Assembly (NCBI GenBank): GCA_000092065.1
Contig: CP000588.1
Direction: 5' to 3' (one strand)
DNA from: Ostreococcus lucimarinus
Taxonomy: Eukaryota
DNA: 64,000 bases
Part shown: one piece after another, positions 42,169 to 52,200 of the stretch
Position numbering within the stretch: the first letter of the stretch is position 1
Layout: each line of letters starts with the position of its first letter
Made by a program: the position numbers and the translations under genes
The notes under the pieces: generated by a model
Databases searched by the model: none
What the model was told of the DNA's origin: nothing
Seen by the model: only the letters and a program-made list of their open reading frames with translations

Positions 42169-43107
42169 TCAGCGCAGCGTCGTCGAGTACCACGCAACAC
42201 CGCACGCTATGGCGACGCCGCCGCAGATTTGTAAGCCCAGCCTCAGTTTTTCGTAGTCGAACTTTTCGCGCGCCTCTTGACCGTACTGCTCTTCCAACGT
42301 TTTTTCTCGCTTCTTTCGCCCACCGGATGCGCTCGCCTTGGCACCGGTCGACCATTTATCGCTGTACGGAGCGAACGAATCTGGATCGCGCAGCAACGGC
42401 ACCTCCACGCGTTCGTTCGCCGCAATCTCCATTTTCGGCGCTTCAAGAATGAACCGCAACTCCTCCGCCTGCTTCCGAATAGACTTCTCCGGATGTACGC
42501 TCTCCAGGTACTTGTAAATCTCCAACGCCTTATCCCCTTGGCCGTACGCATCCAGCGCGAGCGCCTTGTAAATCTGAATCCGTCCGCCGAGTAGACTCGT
42601 CTCGCTAGTCTCGTCTTCGGCCGCCTTAAACCACTTCACCGCGTCGTCGTACATACCACGACCGTACGCATACACCCCAGAATCATACATTTTCGTCGCG
42701 CTCTCGATCTCGCCTCGCAGCGTTCTCGCGTTTGACTCCAACTTCTCCGCGATTTTCTCCGCGTACTTTCGCTGCGCCTCGGGCGCTTCGGCCAAGCTCG
42801 AGTACCCCAGCGCCTTCGCGACCGTCGTCTCGAAGTCTTCGCCCGCCTCGAACGCTTCTTGAAACCTCTGCGTCGCCTTCAGCACCTTCGCCGCGTCGGC
42901 ACCGGTGGGAATGAGCGCGCGCCGGACCTCCTGCAGCAGCGCTTTCGACGCGTTGTTTGCTGGATTGCTGCTCACGACGACGGGTTTGGAGGCGATTATC
43001 GCGTCGTCCGCGCGCCGTTCGGAGCTCGAGCGCTGCGCGGTGCGCGAGCGTCGCGCGCGTCGCGCGTGCGCGAGGTTAGGGAGGACGGCGCGCGCGAGGG
43101 CGGGCAT
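42169..43107 (-). CDS. TPR-repeat protein with a presequence and a C-terminal transmembrane segment
   Basis: Tetratricopeptide-like helices (AYGRGMYDDAVKWFKAA, YKALALDAYGQGDKALEIYKYLESVHP) and a C-terminal helix GLQICGGVAIACGVAWY. Confidence 0.5.
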   Translation of the reverse strand: MPALARAVLPNLAHARRARRSRTAQRSSSERRADDAIIASKPVVVSSNPANNASKALLQEVRRALIPTGADAAKVLKATQRFQEAFEAGEDFETTVAKALGYSSLAEAPEAQRKYAEKIAEKLESNARTLRGEIESATKMYDSGVYAYGRGMYDDAVKWFKAAEDETSETSLLGGRIQIYKALALDAYGQGDKALEIYKYLESVHPEKSIRKQAEELRFILEAPKMEIAANERVEVPLLRDPDSFAPYSDKWSTGAKASASGGRKKREKTLEEQYGQEAREKFDYEKLRLGLQICGGVAIACGVAWYSTTLR

Positions 43108-43199
43108 GAGTCGCGCGATGCAGTGACGTCGAAGTCGGTAAATATTTCAAGCTCTGATTTTACAACGGCGTCGCGACGACGCGCGCGCGCGAATCCGGG

Positions 43200-44753
43200 C
43201 TACGATTTATCGCCGGGAAGAGCGATCGATTTAGGCTTGCGCTGACGAACTTTTTTCGACTTTGGAACCGTCGCCGGGACGCTGTTCGCCGGGCGCTTGG
43301 CGCCTGCGGCGGCGCCGGCGGAGACGACGCTACCGCTCGACGTCATCCGACGGACGACGACGCTGACGGATCGATCGGTGGAATCGAGCGGTAAGGCGCG
43401 AGACTTCTGCGCGCGACCGATTGCATCTTTCGTTACCGCACCGTCGAGACGTTCGAACGCGTCGTTGGCGCGTTTGGTGTCGGTAAACGTGACGAGGCAG
43501 GAGGTGGTTTTTTTGCCGCCGAGAGCCGCGGAGTCCGTCGTCGTCGCATCGAGAAAGCTTCCCTGCACGCTCTCGATGTGCGCTCGATCGGTTTCTTCGA
43601 ACACCATCTTCAACGCCTCCGCGCTCGTCCCACGCGGAATGCGATGGATAAAAAGCTTGCACAGGTCCTCGGCGTCCACTTTGTGCGGCGGCGCGTCCAC
43701 CTCAAAGATGGGTTTCGCCTCGCGAACCGCCCATAACACTAAGTCTAATGCCGCTTTGGCGTCCTCGACGGAATCGTGATAGCCCGCCTCAGTTTGTCTC
43801 ATCTTTCGTTTGAGCAAAGTTTCGCACAAAATCGCCAAGCTCGGCGTCGACCGAGGGAGATTCTTGTAACGAAACAACATTCCAGTGTCGATGACGGGTT
43901 GATGGTCAATCTTTAAAGACTTCAAATCATGCATCAACGAATGACCCACGAGCACAGTTCCCGGTTTACACAACTCCACGAGTCTATCCTGCACGTCGCT
44001 CAACGTCGTCGGCGCCGCGAGGACGTTCTCCGCCTTCAACCCAGTAATCTCCGTTCTCATGTCGACGATGTTCCCCGGCGGCTTCACGAGCGTCTTCAAC
44101 AAAATATTTCCCTCATCATCCACCACGGACACCCCGACGAGCGCTCGCGTGTCGTCATCCGTCTCACACATCTCACAATCCACCCCCAACAACCTCGGCT
44201 TCATCTCTTTCTCCACGCACCAACGCACGGGTCGATACTTTGTCCGTCGCCACGGCGGTTCGTGCGACGGCAACCGATAATACGCCTCCGCGAACCCCTC
44301 ATGCTTTCGCGTTCGTCGCACCAGCGCCCACGCTCGATCACCCTTCGCATCGACGACCTCGTCGTCGCCCCACTCGTCCCACTCCGCGCGTTTCTTCCGC
44401 CATTGATCGTGTTTCGTCAGCGCCGTCACGCGCGCCGTCCCGAGCGCCGTCCCGAGCGTCTCCACAAACTTTCTCAGCGTCTCCGCCGTGTGCCGGCTCG
44501 GATCGCCTCGTTGGTTCTCCGGTCGCTTCACGTTCGCCTTGAGCCACGCCTTGAAGTCGCACCCCGGGTGTTCGCTCGGCGCGGCGGTGAATCGACGCTG
44601 CGCATCCTTGACCACGCGCACGAGCGCGGCGAATTCCTGTTCGAGACGTGACCGCGTCAGTCCACAGCGCGCCTCGCGACGACGCGCGCCATCTTCCACG
44701 CGCGACGAACGACGCGACGCGCGCGCGCGCCGCACCTCGGCGCTCGTCGGCAT
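43200..44753 (-). CDS. DEDDh 3'-5' RNA exonuclease (REX/SDN-like) with a C-terminal RRM-like domain
   Basis: Exonuclease motifs LLGVDCEMCETDDD (Exo I), LVGHSLMHDLKSLKIDH (Exo II) and HDSVEDAKAALDL (Exo III). The C-terminus CKLFIHRIPRGTSAEALKMVFEE is RRM-like. Confidence 0.65.
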   Translation of the reverse strand: MPTSAEVRRARASRRSSRVEDGARRREARCGLTRSRLEQEFAALVRVVKDAQRRFTAAPSEHPGCDFKAWLKANVKRPENQRGDPSRHTAETLRKFVETLGTALGTARVTALTKHDQWRKKRAEWDEWGDDEVVDAKGDRAWALVRRTRKHEGFAEAYYRLPSHEPPWRRTKYRPVRWCVEKEMKPRLLGVDCEMCETDDDTRALVGVSVVDDEGNILLKTLVKPPGNIVDMRTEITGLKAENVLAAPTTLSDVQDRLVELCKPGTVLVGHSLMHDLKSLKIDHQPVIDTGMLFRYKNLPRSTPSLAILCETLLKRKMRQTEAGYHDSVEDAKAALDLVLWAVREAKPIFEVDAPPHKVDAEDLCKLFIHRIPRGTSAEALKMVFEETDRAHIESVQGSFLDATTTDSAALGGKKTTSCLVTFTDTKRANDAFERLDGAVTKDAIGRAQKSRALPLDSTDRSVSVVVRRMTSSGSVVSAGAAAGAKRPANSVPATVPKSKKVRQRKPKSIALPGDKS

Positions 44754-45037
44754 CGCCTCGCGAAGTGCGGCGCGCGAGGCGGCGGCCGCGCCGACGCCCC
44801 GACTCGACCGACGCGTTCGCTACCACAACCTTCGATTATAATACAACGCATCGAGCGATGACGCTCTTTAGAATTCAACGCACCGTCCGTTCGCGCGTCG
44901 TCGCGTCGCCCTCGCGCGTCGCTCGACCTCGCGTCGTCCTCGCGCGCGTCGCTCGCTCGACCTCGCGTCCCTCTCGCCCCGCGTCCCTCTCGTCCCGCGC
45001 GCGTCGCGCGTCGCCGCGCGCTCGCCGACGCGCGCGC

Positions 45038-45337
45038 TCACTTACTCCCCGCGCGCTTCCCCTCGCCCTTCTTCGGCGGCCCTTTCCCTCGTCGCTTCAA
45101 TCGCTCGAGTTTCACCTTGCGTCGCGTCTCGTCCGGCGCCGTGAACAGCGGATCGAGCGCCGCCATGGTCTTCGGGTAGTACGCCGCGAGCCGTTCGCCG
45201 ATCAGCGGCGCGCGCAGGATTTTTCTCCCGCTCGGTCGACCGTCGCCGAGGTGCGCGCCGAAGACGCGCGCGGCGACGCGCGCGATCTCGGTCGCGGTCT
45301 TCGCGACGCCCGGCATCGCGGCGTCGTCTGACGACAC
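45038..45337 (-). CDS. mitochondrial ribosomal protein S33 (MRPS33/S27-like) small protein
   Basis: A 99 aa protein with IARVAARVFGAHLGDGRPSGRKILRAPLIGERLAAYYP, colinear with the MRP-S33 family, and a basic C-terminal tail. Confidence 0.45.
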   Translation of the reverse strand: MSSDDAAMPGVAKTATEIARVAARVFGAHLGDGRPSGRKILRAPLIGERLAAYYPKTMAALDPLFTAPDETRRKVKLERLKRRGKGPPKKGEGKRAGSK

Positions 45338-45371
45338 ACGACGGCGACGCGAACGACGAACCGCGACGACG

Positions 45372-45820
45372 ATGAGCGACGACGAGGACGTGAAGAAGGA
45401 GGTGAAGGAGGATCACATCAACATCAAAGTTCGGGACATGGTAAGACGGCGCGAAGACGGCGCGAGGGCGGCGAAGACGCGCGCGGGATGGATGGATGGA
45501 TTTTAAACGTCATCGCGTCGACGTCGAGGGAACGACGCGCGAGGCGCGCGCGAGAGGCGAGCGAGGCGAGAGAGGACTGACGATCGAACGCGCGGCGCGG
45601 CGATGGGCAGGATAACAACGAGGTGCACTTCAAGGTGCGACCGTCGACGAAGTTTTCAAAGGTGTTCGACGCGTACTGCCAACGCAAGGCGTTGCAGCCG
45701 AACGCGGTTCGATTTTTGATGGACGGTGAGCGGTTGCGGCCGGATCAAACGCCGGAGGAGATGGACATGGAGGATGGCGATTGCATCGATGCGATGATGG
45801 AGCAGGTGGGCGGGGGCTGA
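45372..45820 (+). CDS. SUMO: SUMO (small ubiquitin-like modifier); two exons (45372..45440 and 45611..45820)
   Basis: Exon 1 reads MSDDEDVKKEVKEDHINIKVRDM. The donor is GTAAGA, a GGACTGAC branch motif is present and the acceptor is GGCAG. Exon 2 reads DNNEVHFKVRPSTKFSKVFDAYCQRKALQPNAVRFLMDGERLRPDQTPEEMDMEDGDCIDAMMEQVGGG, which ends in the diglycine motif. Confidence 0.8.
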
Positions 45821-45943
45821 GCGGGGAACGCGGGGACGACGCGGACGCGGACGAGACGCGATTTAGGATCAAACGCCATAATGTGATAACGATGCGCATC
45901 GACTCTTGATTTCATTCTGCTACGTCTATTACTGGTGCTTCGC

Positions 45944-48460
45944 TCACTGGTACTCCGCTTGCGCGCGTTGCATCTTGCCTTGTCGACTTCTGAACACGTC
46001 TTTGACTGGTGGCTTGCTCGACGCCGAGGCGCGAGAAGCCGTCAACGCGGGATCGTCGATGAGTTCGATGGCTTTTCGCTTCTCGCCGCCTTGGTAACCC
46101 ATTTCGTCGAGATATCCCTCGATGGCCGCCTCGCTCAGATCGGTGCTCTTCAACGCGTCTAAGACGGCATCGACGCGAGGCGGAGGGAACTTTGCGAAGG
46201 CAACAGGTCCTGGAAGGCTGGTGAAGAACTTGCCGAGCGCGCCGGGAAGCTTTTTCTTCTCGATCGGCGGAGGAGGAGGAGGTTTCGCGGAACGCGTCGG
46301 TGCGCCCGTGGGCGCGGCGGGTGGTGGCACGGCGGCCATGGCCGCCACTCGCGCGAGTCGTTCTTGGCGCAGCGTTGCGAAGGAAATGCTCGAAGCTTCG
46401 ATTCTTCGCATGGGCACGACGGCGCCAAGCGACGCGAAGTAATCGCAGTATTCTTCGCTCGCGGGTCGAATGTCCATGCACGTGTGTCTCCCTAACAACG
46501 AGTTCAAGAGATTCGTTTTAATGACCGTCGCCCCGCACGCGGCATTACGCCGTGCCTCCGCATCTAAAATCGTATCCACTGTGCCATGCGAACGCTCAAA
46601 ATCGACAAACATATCCCAAATCTTCATCGACGGCGATTCACTCAGGGAACGTTCAAACAAAACTCGGGCATTGGCAACATCGTTCACGCCAATCAAGAAC
46701 TCGGCATAACGCTCGACGTAGTCTGGCGACGTCAAAAATTTCTTAAGCCCGAGCTCAAAGATGTTTCTCGCCGGTTTATCGCTCTTATCGTACTGCCATT
46801 CAATCATCGCGGAGTTTGCGTAAATTTCCCACGTCGCCCCGGGCGCCTTACGGGCTCGCATGAAAGCTTTTCGACTCGAATCTTGATCTCCAACACGACG
46901 CGACGCGCGAACGTATTCGCAGTACGTTAGAATTATATCCGAGGGCATCATTATCTCCTCACCTCGCTCGATGGCTTCGTCAGCGCTCTCTTCATAGGCG
47001 TCAAGCACGGACTCGTAGATGGCTCTACACGCGTCGGCGTCGCCGCGAGTCTCTTCGATATCCGCCGACGCAAAAGTGATAAGCGTGCAATACGGTAACG
47101 CCTCCCGCGCTCGCTGTAAAACTTCCACCGCCTCGTCTGAACGATTCTCGCTCTCGTGCCAGTGCGCGTACTCTAGCCAAAACTCAGGTGTCTCACCGAG
47201 AGACAGACCTGCTAATTCGTAGGCGTGCTTCACGCGCGCATAGAGTTGTGGGGACGGTTCATTCGGCGTTGCACCTTCAAGCTTTTGCACGTTTGACTTC
47301 TCAAAATCGATAATCTCTGCCCATTGAGCTGCGCACGCCGTGGGTGATGCCGCAAGAAGCGCGTATCGTCCACTCTTGCAGGCCTTCGCCCCGTGCGCTG
47401 GCGAGCCGCAAAATTTACATTCGTGCGCGCGCGCACAACCTCTACACCCAGCGGCATTGAACGCGGGACAAATAATCGAAGTCAACCCATCCGCACCGCG
47501 CTGCACTGGATCAACACACACCGCGCCCACGACGACGTCGGCGAGCACCTTCTTCCTCTTACCGAGCGCCGTGCGTGTGAGCAACAACTTTGGCGCTATT
47601 TCCTGCAACAACGCCCTCGCGAGCGCCTTGTTCTTCTCAAGCTCAAACGCTTCGTAAACCTTGTAAACTGCATCTAATTTGTGCATCGGCACTGAAATCG
47701 CCTTCTGGTACGTCCTGCGAACGATCATATCTCTCGCACTCGGCGCTTGCTCCACAGCGACGTCGGTGACAATCAGCGTCGCCTCGGTGCTGCGCAAGAA
47801 CTGACAATAGTCCATCCAAAGATCACCAGCGTCCGCGTCCTCGCCGACGACGTCCACGGAGTACTCGTACACCGATTTCATTGTGTTCACCCCCTCTTCT
47901 GTCGTCACATCGTTCGTGCTCGCCATGTACGACGCGTATCTTCGCCAGAGCAACGCGCTCGGGCACGGTATCAAGCACTTCCCGAAAATGGCGCGGATCG
48001 CTTCGTCGTCCGGCGTCCCCGCATCGTTCTTCGAAAGCTCCGCGTCGACGTACCAGCACCACGCCAACGATGATCGAGGGAACTGTTCGGTGATGGCGTC
48101 GAACAGCGGTCGAGCGCTCGGAATCGTCGTCGCCAACGCCAGTCTCGCGCACCGTTCCCACCCGGCGGCGTCTGACGGATTCTCTCTTAAATGCGTCAGC
48201 AAATCATCGTGATCGCCGCTCCCGTCGGTTTCGACCGCATCCACGTCCGCATCTTCTAACTTTGCGTCGTCGGCGTCCGTCGCGACGACGCGTTCGGGCG
48301 CATCGCCGGCGTCCGGGGGCGAAGAATCTTCGTTTGACGCTTGATTGAGTAATCTTCCCACGAGATCGGCTTTCGTGCCGCTATCGTCGAGCCCAGCGTC
48401 GGCGCAGCGCTTCTTGAGATCGACAGCCTTCAATCGCATGAGCGATTTCTCGGTGCTCAT
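45944..48460 (-). CDS. CSTF3: cleavage stimulation factor subunit 3 (CstF-77/Suppressor-of-forked-like HAT-repeat protein) with an N-terminal SAP motif
   Basis: The N-terminus MRLKAVDLKKRCADAGLDDSGTKADLVGRL is a SAP motif. HAT repeats run along the body (WCWYVDAEL, WLEYAHWHE, EIYANSAMIEWQYDK, VERYAEFLIGVNDVANARVLFERSL). The C-terminus is Pro-rich. A Cys/His cluster CPAFNAAGCRGCARAHECKFCGSPAHGAKAC is inserted among the repeats. Confidence 0.7.
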   Translation of the reverse strand: MSTEKSLMRLKAVDLKKRCADAGLDDSGTKADLVGRLLNQASNEDSSPPDAGDAPERVVATDADDAKLEDADVDAVETDGSGDHDDLLTHLRENPSDAAGWERCARLALATTIPSARPLFDAITEQFPRSSLAWCWYVDAELSKNDAGTPDDEAIRAIFGKCLIPCPSALLWRRYASYMASTNDVTTEEGVNTMKSVYEYSVDVVGEDADAGDLWMDYCQFLRSTEATLIVTDVAVEQAPSARDMIVRRTYQKAISVPMHKLDAVYKVYEAFELEKNKALARALLQEIAPKLLLTRTALGKRKKVLADVVVGAVCVDPVQRGADGLTSIICPAFNAAGCRGCARAHECKFCGSPAHGAKACKSGRYALLAASPTACAAQWAEIIDFEKSNVQKLEGATPNEPSPQLYARVKHAYELAGLSLGETPEFWLEYAHWHESENRSDEAVEVLQRAREALPYCTLITFASADIEETRGDADACRAIYESVLDAYEESADEAIERGEEIMMPSDIILTYCEYVRASRRVGDQDSSRKAFMRARKAPGATWEIYANSAMIEWQYDKSDKPARNIFELGLKKFLTSPDYVERYAEFLIGVNDVANARVLFERSLSESPSMKIWDMFVDFERSHGTVDTILDAEARRNAACGATVIKTNLLNSLLGRHTCMDIRPASEEYCDYFASLGAVVPMRRIEASSISFATLRQERLARVAAMAAVPPPAAPTGAPTRSAKPPPPPPIEKKKLPGALGKFFTSLPGPVAFAKFPPPRVDAVLDALKSTDLSEAAIEGYLDEMGYQGGEKRKAIELIDDPALTASRASASSKPPVKDVFRSRQGKMQRAQAEYQ

Positions 48461-48580
48461 GACGCTCGCGATGGACTCACGCGGTCGATGACGCGCTCGA
48501 GAGTGAGGCGGCGGCGGGACGAGAGGCGACGACGGCTCGGCTCGCGGCGGCTGCGACGCATATGATATGATGTTTCGAAT

Positions 48581-50665
48581 CTAAGATTTATTCGCCGCGC
48601 GCGCGCGAATCCAGGCGCGAATGTTTGGTAAGTTTGACTTTTCTCCGCGCTCGAGGGTTGCTCGATTGGGCACGCGCGCCAAGGGCGCGCAGGTCGGTCG
48701 GCCGTGCGCGCAGGCGAACGGCATTTGGGTCAGACGCAAAGCGCGAACAATCGCTTCGCACTCGTCGCGATTCAAGGTGTCTCCGAACATGATGGCGCCT
48801 CTGCACGCTTTACTCGCGAGTAATCTGTGAAGCGGTCTCGGAGCCTGCTTCGTCGACGTCGACGTCGTTTGTAGCTGAAACAAATACTGTCGAAGTGCGT
48901 CGCCACCCAACGACGTGCCGCGAATCGTCGGGACTCGAGTGAGGTAGACGACCGTCTCATTGTTGTCGTCGTTGTCGTTCCGCCAATCCCAGCCCCAGCG
49001 ACGCACGAGTGCGGCGTTTGAATTCAAAGTATTGAACTCTTCCACGCTCACCGGCGTCGCCCAGAGCACGGAGGATTGAGTTTCTTGCGTCGGTACGTGC
49101 ACGTCGTCGCTGAGCACGCGTGCCCAAAGCTCTTCGAGTGATATCCTCTCGTCAGCTGCGTGTTGATCGAATGCAACTATGATATCGTCGTCCAGAACCG
49201 TCAAGATAAACTTCTTTCCCACCTGGTCGATGACTCGAACTCTCTCTTCTCCGTCGCTCATTGAAAGCAGGCATTCTCGCGAAAGCTCCGGTGGGGGACG
49301 AAGCGCAGAACTCGCGGCTGTCTTTTCGATTGAAAGAATCGGGACCTCAGAATCAAAGACCGGGTTCGACCATGTCTTCAAGGCCGCCGCCGCGTTTGAC
49401 GGCGAACGAGGTGGCTCGGTGTCTCGCGACAGACGTCGCAGCATTGATTTCGCAAATGGTCCTTCTCCGTCGTTCGGGCAGCACTCGCATCGTCCCCGTT
49501 CACTCATCTTGCGCCGATTTCTCGGTGGATCAACAACTGAATTCATATTTGGTGGTGGGTCGTCGTTTGGGGAATCGTCGCGAATCGGCCATGCGTGCTC
49601 GTTCACGCACGCTTTGCGAAGAACAGAAAGAACCGTGTTCCAATTTTCAAACTCAATCAACGTCGTCTTCGGATCAAACGTCACTTCGAATGCGTCTTCC
49701 GGGCACTCGATCGATATCAGATATGCTGGAAATCCTTTCCCTATGTTTCTTGCGCCGTGGCCTAAAAAGGCATCGGCCTCGATGCGAATCATCTCTCGAT
49801 GCAGCGCGTTTGATTTGCCGCGGATGAAGTCTCCGTTGACGTACACGTACTGCAACTCAGCCGACCCAAGCCGACGATCGGGCGCGCTGACATATCCACG
49901 AACGCGCAAGTCATCGGAATCGTACTCCACCGGACGTAAATATCTCACGACGTCGTCACCGAACGCTCGACCCAACCCATCCAGTACGCTCGATCGGTTC
50001 CCTTCCACGCGCTCGACGACGGCATCGTCCACGCGAAGCGTTATGCCCAGATTAGGCCTCAAAAGGCACGCGTGGAACACGATAGACCGCATCTCCATCA
50101 CGAACTCAGTCTTTCTTTCACTCAATCGCTTCATCGCGACGCTGTTGTTCCAAAACACGCCCTCCAACCTCACGGTCGTCGCGTCCTCGTCAAACGCGCG
50201 CAGACTCGTCTCCAATCGCGCGCCCCCGTCCCCGTTCCCGTCTTCATCCCACGCGTGCGTCAACTCCATCGCCGGCTCGCTCGACCCTCGCGCTCTGGAT
50301 ATTATTTTCAACACTCTCACCGCTCCCGCGATCGCGACCAGCGCCCTTCCGCTCCGGTTTCGTCCCCCGCGCGTCGCGCCGCCGATTCCGGAAGCAGAAC
50401 CGGCACTTTCTTCTCGGCCTTCTCGGAGCGCGAGACACAGCTCGCGCGCGTCCTCGCGCGTCATCCCGTCGCCGTCGTCCGCGACGACGACGCGCACGTT
50501 CGCCTTCGCGCCCTCGCATCGTCCCATCGCGACGTCGACGCGGATCGAGCGCGCGCGCGCGTCGACGGCGTTCGCGACGAGCGCGGCGATCAGCGTCGGG
50601 ACGTGCCCACCGGCGCGGTTCGCGCCGATCGCCGCGGCGTCGCGCGCGGCGAGCGGACGGAGCAT
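48581..50665 (-). CDS. MutL homologue (MLH3/PMS1-type mismatch-repair/crossover endonuclease)
   Basis: The N-terminal GHKL ATPase reads MLRPLAARDAAAIGANRAGGHVPTLIAALVANAVDARARSIRV...ADDGDGM. The C-terminal endonuclease motif DQHAADERISLEEL (DQHAxxExxxxE) and FACAHGRPT are present. The start is the ATG at about 50665; the ORF upstream of it is antisense to the next gene. Confidence 0.7.
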   Translation of the reverse strand: MLRPLAARDAAAIGANRAGGHVPTLIAALVANAVDARARSIRVDVAMGRCEGAKANVRVVVADDGDGMTREDARELCLALREGREESAGSASGIGGATRGGRNRSGRALVAIAGAVRVLKIISRARGSSEPAMELTHAWDEDGNGDGGARLETSLRAFDEDATTVRLEGVFWNNSVAMKRLSERKTEFVMEMRSIVFHACLLRPNLGITLRVDDAVVERVEGNRSSVLDGLGRAFGDDVVRYLRPVEYDSDDLRVRGYVSAPDRRLGSAELQYVYVNGDFIRGKSNALHREMIRIEADAFLGHGARNIGKGFPAYLISIECPEDAFEVTFDPKTTLIEFENWNTVLSVLRKACVNEHAWPIRDDSPNDDPPPNMNSVVDPPRNRRKMSERGRCECCPNDGEGPFAKSMLRRLSRDTEPPRSPSNAAAALKTWSNPVFDSEVPILSIEKTAASSALRPPPELSRECLLSMSDGEERVRVIDQVGKKFILTVLDDDIIVAFDQHAADERISLEELWARVLSDDVHVPTQETQSSVLWATPVSVEEFNTLNSNAALVRRWGWDWRNDNDDNNETVVYLTRVPTIRGTSLGGDALRQYLFQLQTTSTSTKQAPRPLHRLLASKACRGAIMFGDTLNRDECEAIVRALRLTQMPFACAHGRPTCAPLARVPNRATLERGEKSNLPNIRAWIRARAANKS

Positions 50666-50885
50666 GCGTCGCGGACGCGCGCGTCGACGCGATCGCGCGC
50701 GCGCGTCGTCGTCGGGACGTCGACGCGCGAACGAATGAATCGACGCGAATCGAATCGATGCGACGAAACGACGACGAGTGCGGCGGCAGGGCGCGACGCG
50801 CGCGCGTCCGACGAGAGCCGACGCGCGCGAGTCGACGGCGCGCTCGACGAGGCCGCGCGCGGGCGAGACGACGCGCGCGCGCGCG

Positions 50886-52079
50886 ATGGCGTCGCTGCGC
50901 GCGAAGCTGCGCGCGCTCGAGTCGTTTGAAAATGACGCGACGACGTCCGAGGCGACGACGACGGCGACGACGACGGCCAAGGCGCGACGCGAACGGAGTG
51001 GATCGCCGCGGACGCCCGCGAGCGGGACGTGGAACGCGTCGACGCGGGTGACGGGGAGTCGAGCGCCGAACGACAGCGCGAGAGCGACGGCGGGACGGCG
51101 GTGGCGAGACGCGGCGCGGCGGACGCGGGACGCGACGGCGGAGAGAGATGAGGGAGACGGAGGGCGCGAGGGAGGAATGCGGTCGGTGGTGTCGCGCGCG
51201 CGCGCGATGCGGGGATTCGCGGACGTGGTGGAGGCGGCGGCGGCGGGTCGAGAGGCGAGGCGAGGCGTAACCGTTTCGCCGGAGGACGCGGCCAAAGCGG
51301 AAGCGACGACGACGACGGCGACGACGACGACGGCGGCGAAACGAACGCCGCGGGAGATCATACTGCAGCGAAGTCTCGCCATGCGGCGCGGACGTCTCGA
51401 TGGGGACGTCGAATCGACGAAAGCGCGGGCGGCGACGGAGGAGGTCTTCAAGCTCAAGAAACGCGAGACGAATGACGTGGAGGAGGAAGTATTGAAAATA
51501 TTGCGCGATGTGGTGGAAGAGACCAGAGATGAACGCGCTCGTAGTAGTAGAAGTAGTGGGAACGAAGGGACGGCGATGATGACGGCGACAGCGGCGGCGG
51601 GCGGAGCGACGATTGCGCCGGCGCCGACGCCGACGCCGAACGAGAGTGAGAGAGCAAAGAACAAGTCGAGCATCGGGATCGCGGTAGTCATCATCTCTGC
51701 GCTGATCGGCGTTTTGTGCGGATGCACACTGACACTCGCGCCCACCTCGGGCGTCGCCGACGCGGTCGTATCACCTCCAGCGGTAACGCCCAGCGCGACG
51801 TTTGATCTCGCCGGAGCGGATCTCGACGCGTCCTTGATGGCTCAGTTAGACCGTGCTAGATTGGTTCACGACGCCTTGACTGACGAATCTCACCGTAAGC
51901 GGATTCGAGTCGCTGCGAAGCGCGCATCTCTGGCGCGTCGTGCCGCCGCTGAGCGCATTGCCGCGAGCGTCGGCGGCGAAGCCGATCCAGCTGGCGAGCA
52001 AATCCAACTCGCCGAATCGACGTGTCGAGCCGTGCGCGCCTTCTCCGAGCTTCACCGCGCGATAGACGACGTGGGTTAA
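50886..52079 (+). CDS. hypothetical protein with one predicted transmembrane helix
   Basis: An Ala/Thr/Arg-rich low-complexity N-terminus, a helix IGIAVVIISALIGVLCGCTLTLA, and a short structured C-terminus. Weakly supported. Confidence 0.3.
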   Translation: MASLRAKLRALESFENDATTSEATTTATTTAKARRERSGSPRTPASGTWNASTRVTGSRAPNDSARATAGRRWRDAARRTRDATAERDEGDGGREGGMRSVVSRARAMRGFADVVEAAAAGREARRGVTVSPEDAAKAEATTTTATTTTAAKRTPREIILQRSLAMRRGRLDGDVESTKARAATEEVFKLKKRETNDVEEEVLKILRDVVEETRDERARSSRSSGNEGTAMMTATAAAGGATIAPAPTPTPNESERAKNKSSIGIAVVIISALIGVLCGCTLTLAPTSGVADAVVSPPAVTPSATFDLAGADLDASLMAQLDRARLVHDALTDESHRKRIRVAAKRASLARRAAAERIAASVGGEADPAGEQIQLAESTCRAVRAFSELHRAIDDVG

Positions 52080-52200
52080 CTTATGACGTTCACTCTGAAC
52101 GTCGCATGACGGCGTACCCTAGCCCACACCGAGTTGTGATAAAAATTTCATGGTCGCTCTCGACGTCGTTGTCGCGCGCGCGACGTGGGAACTTCAAACC

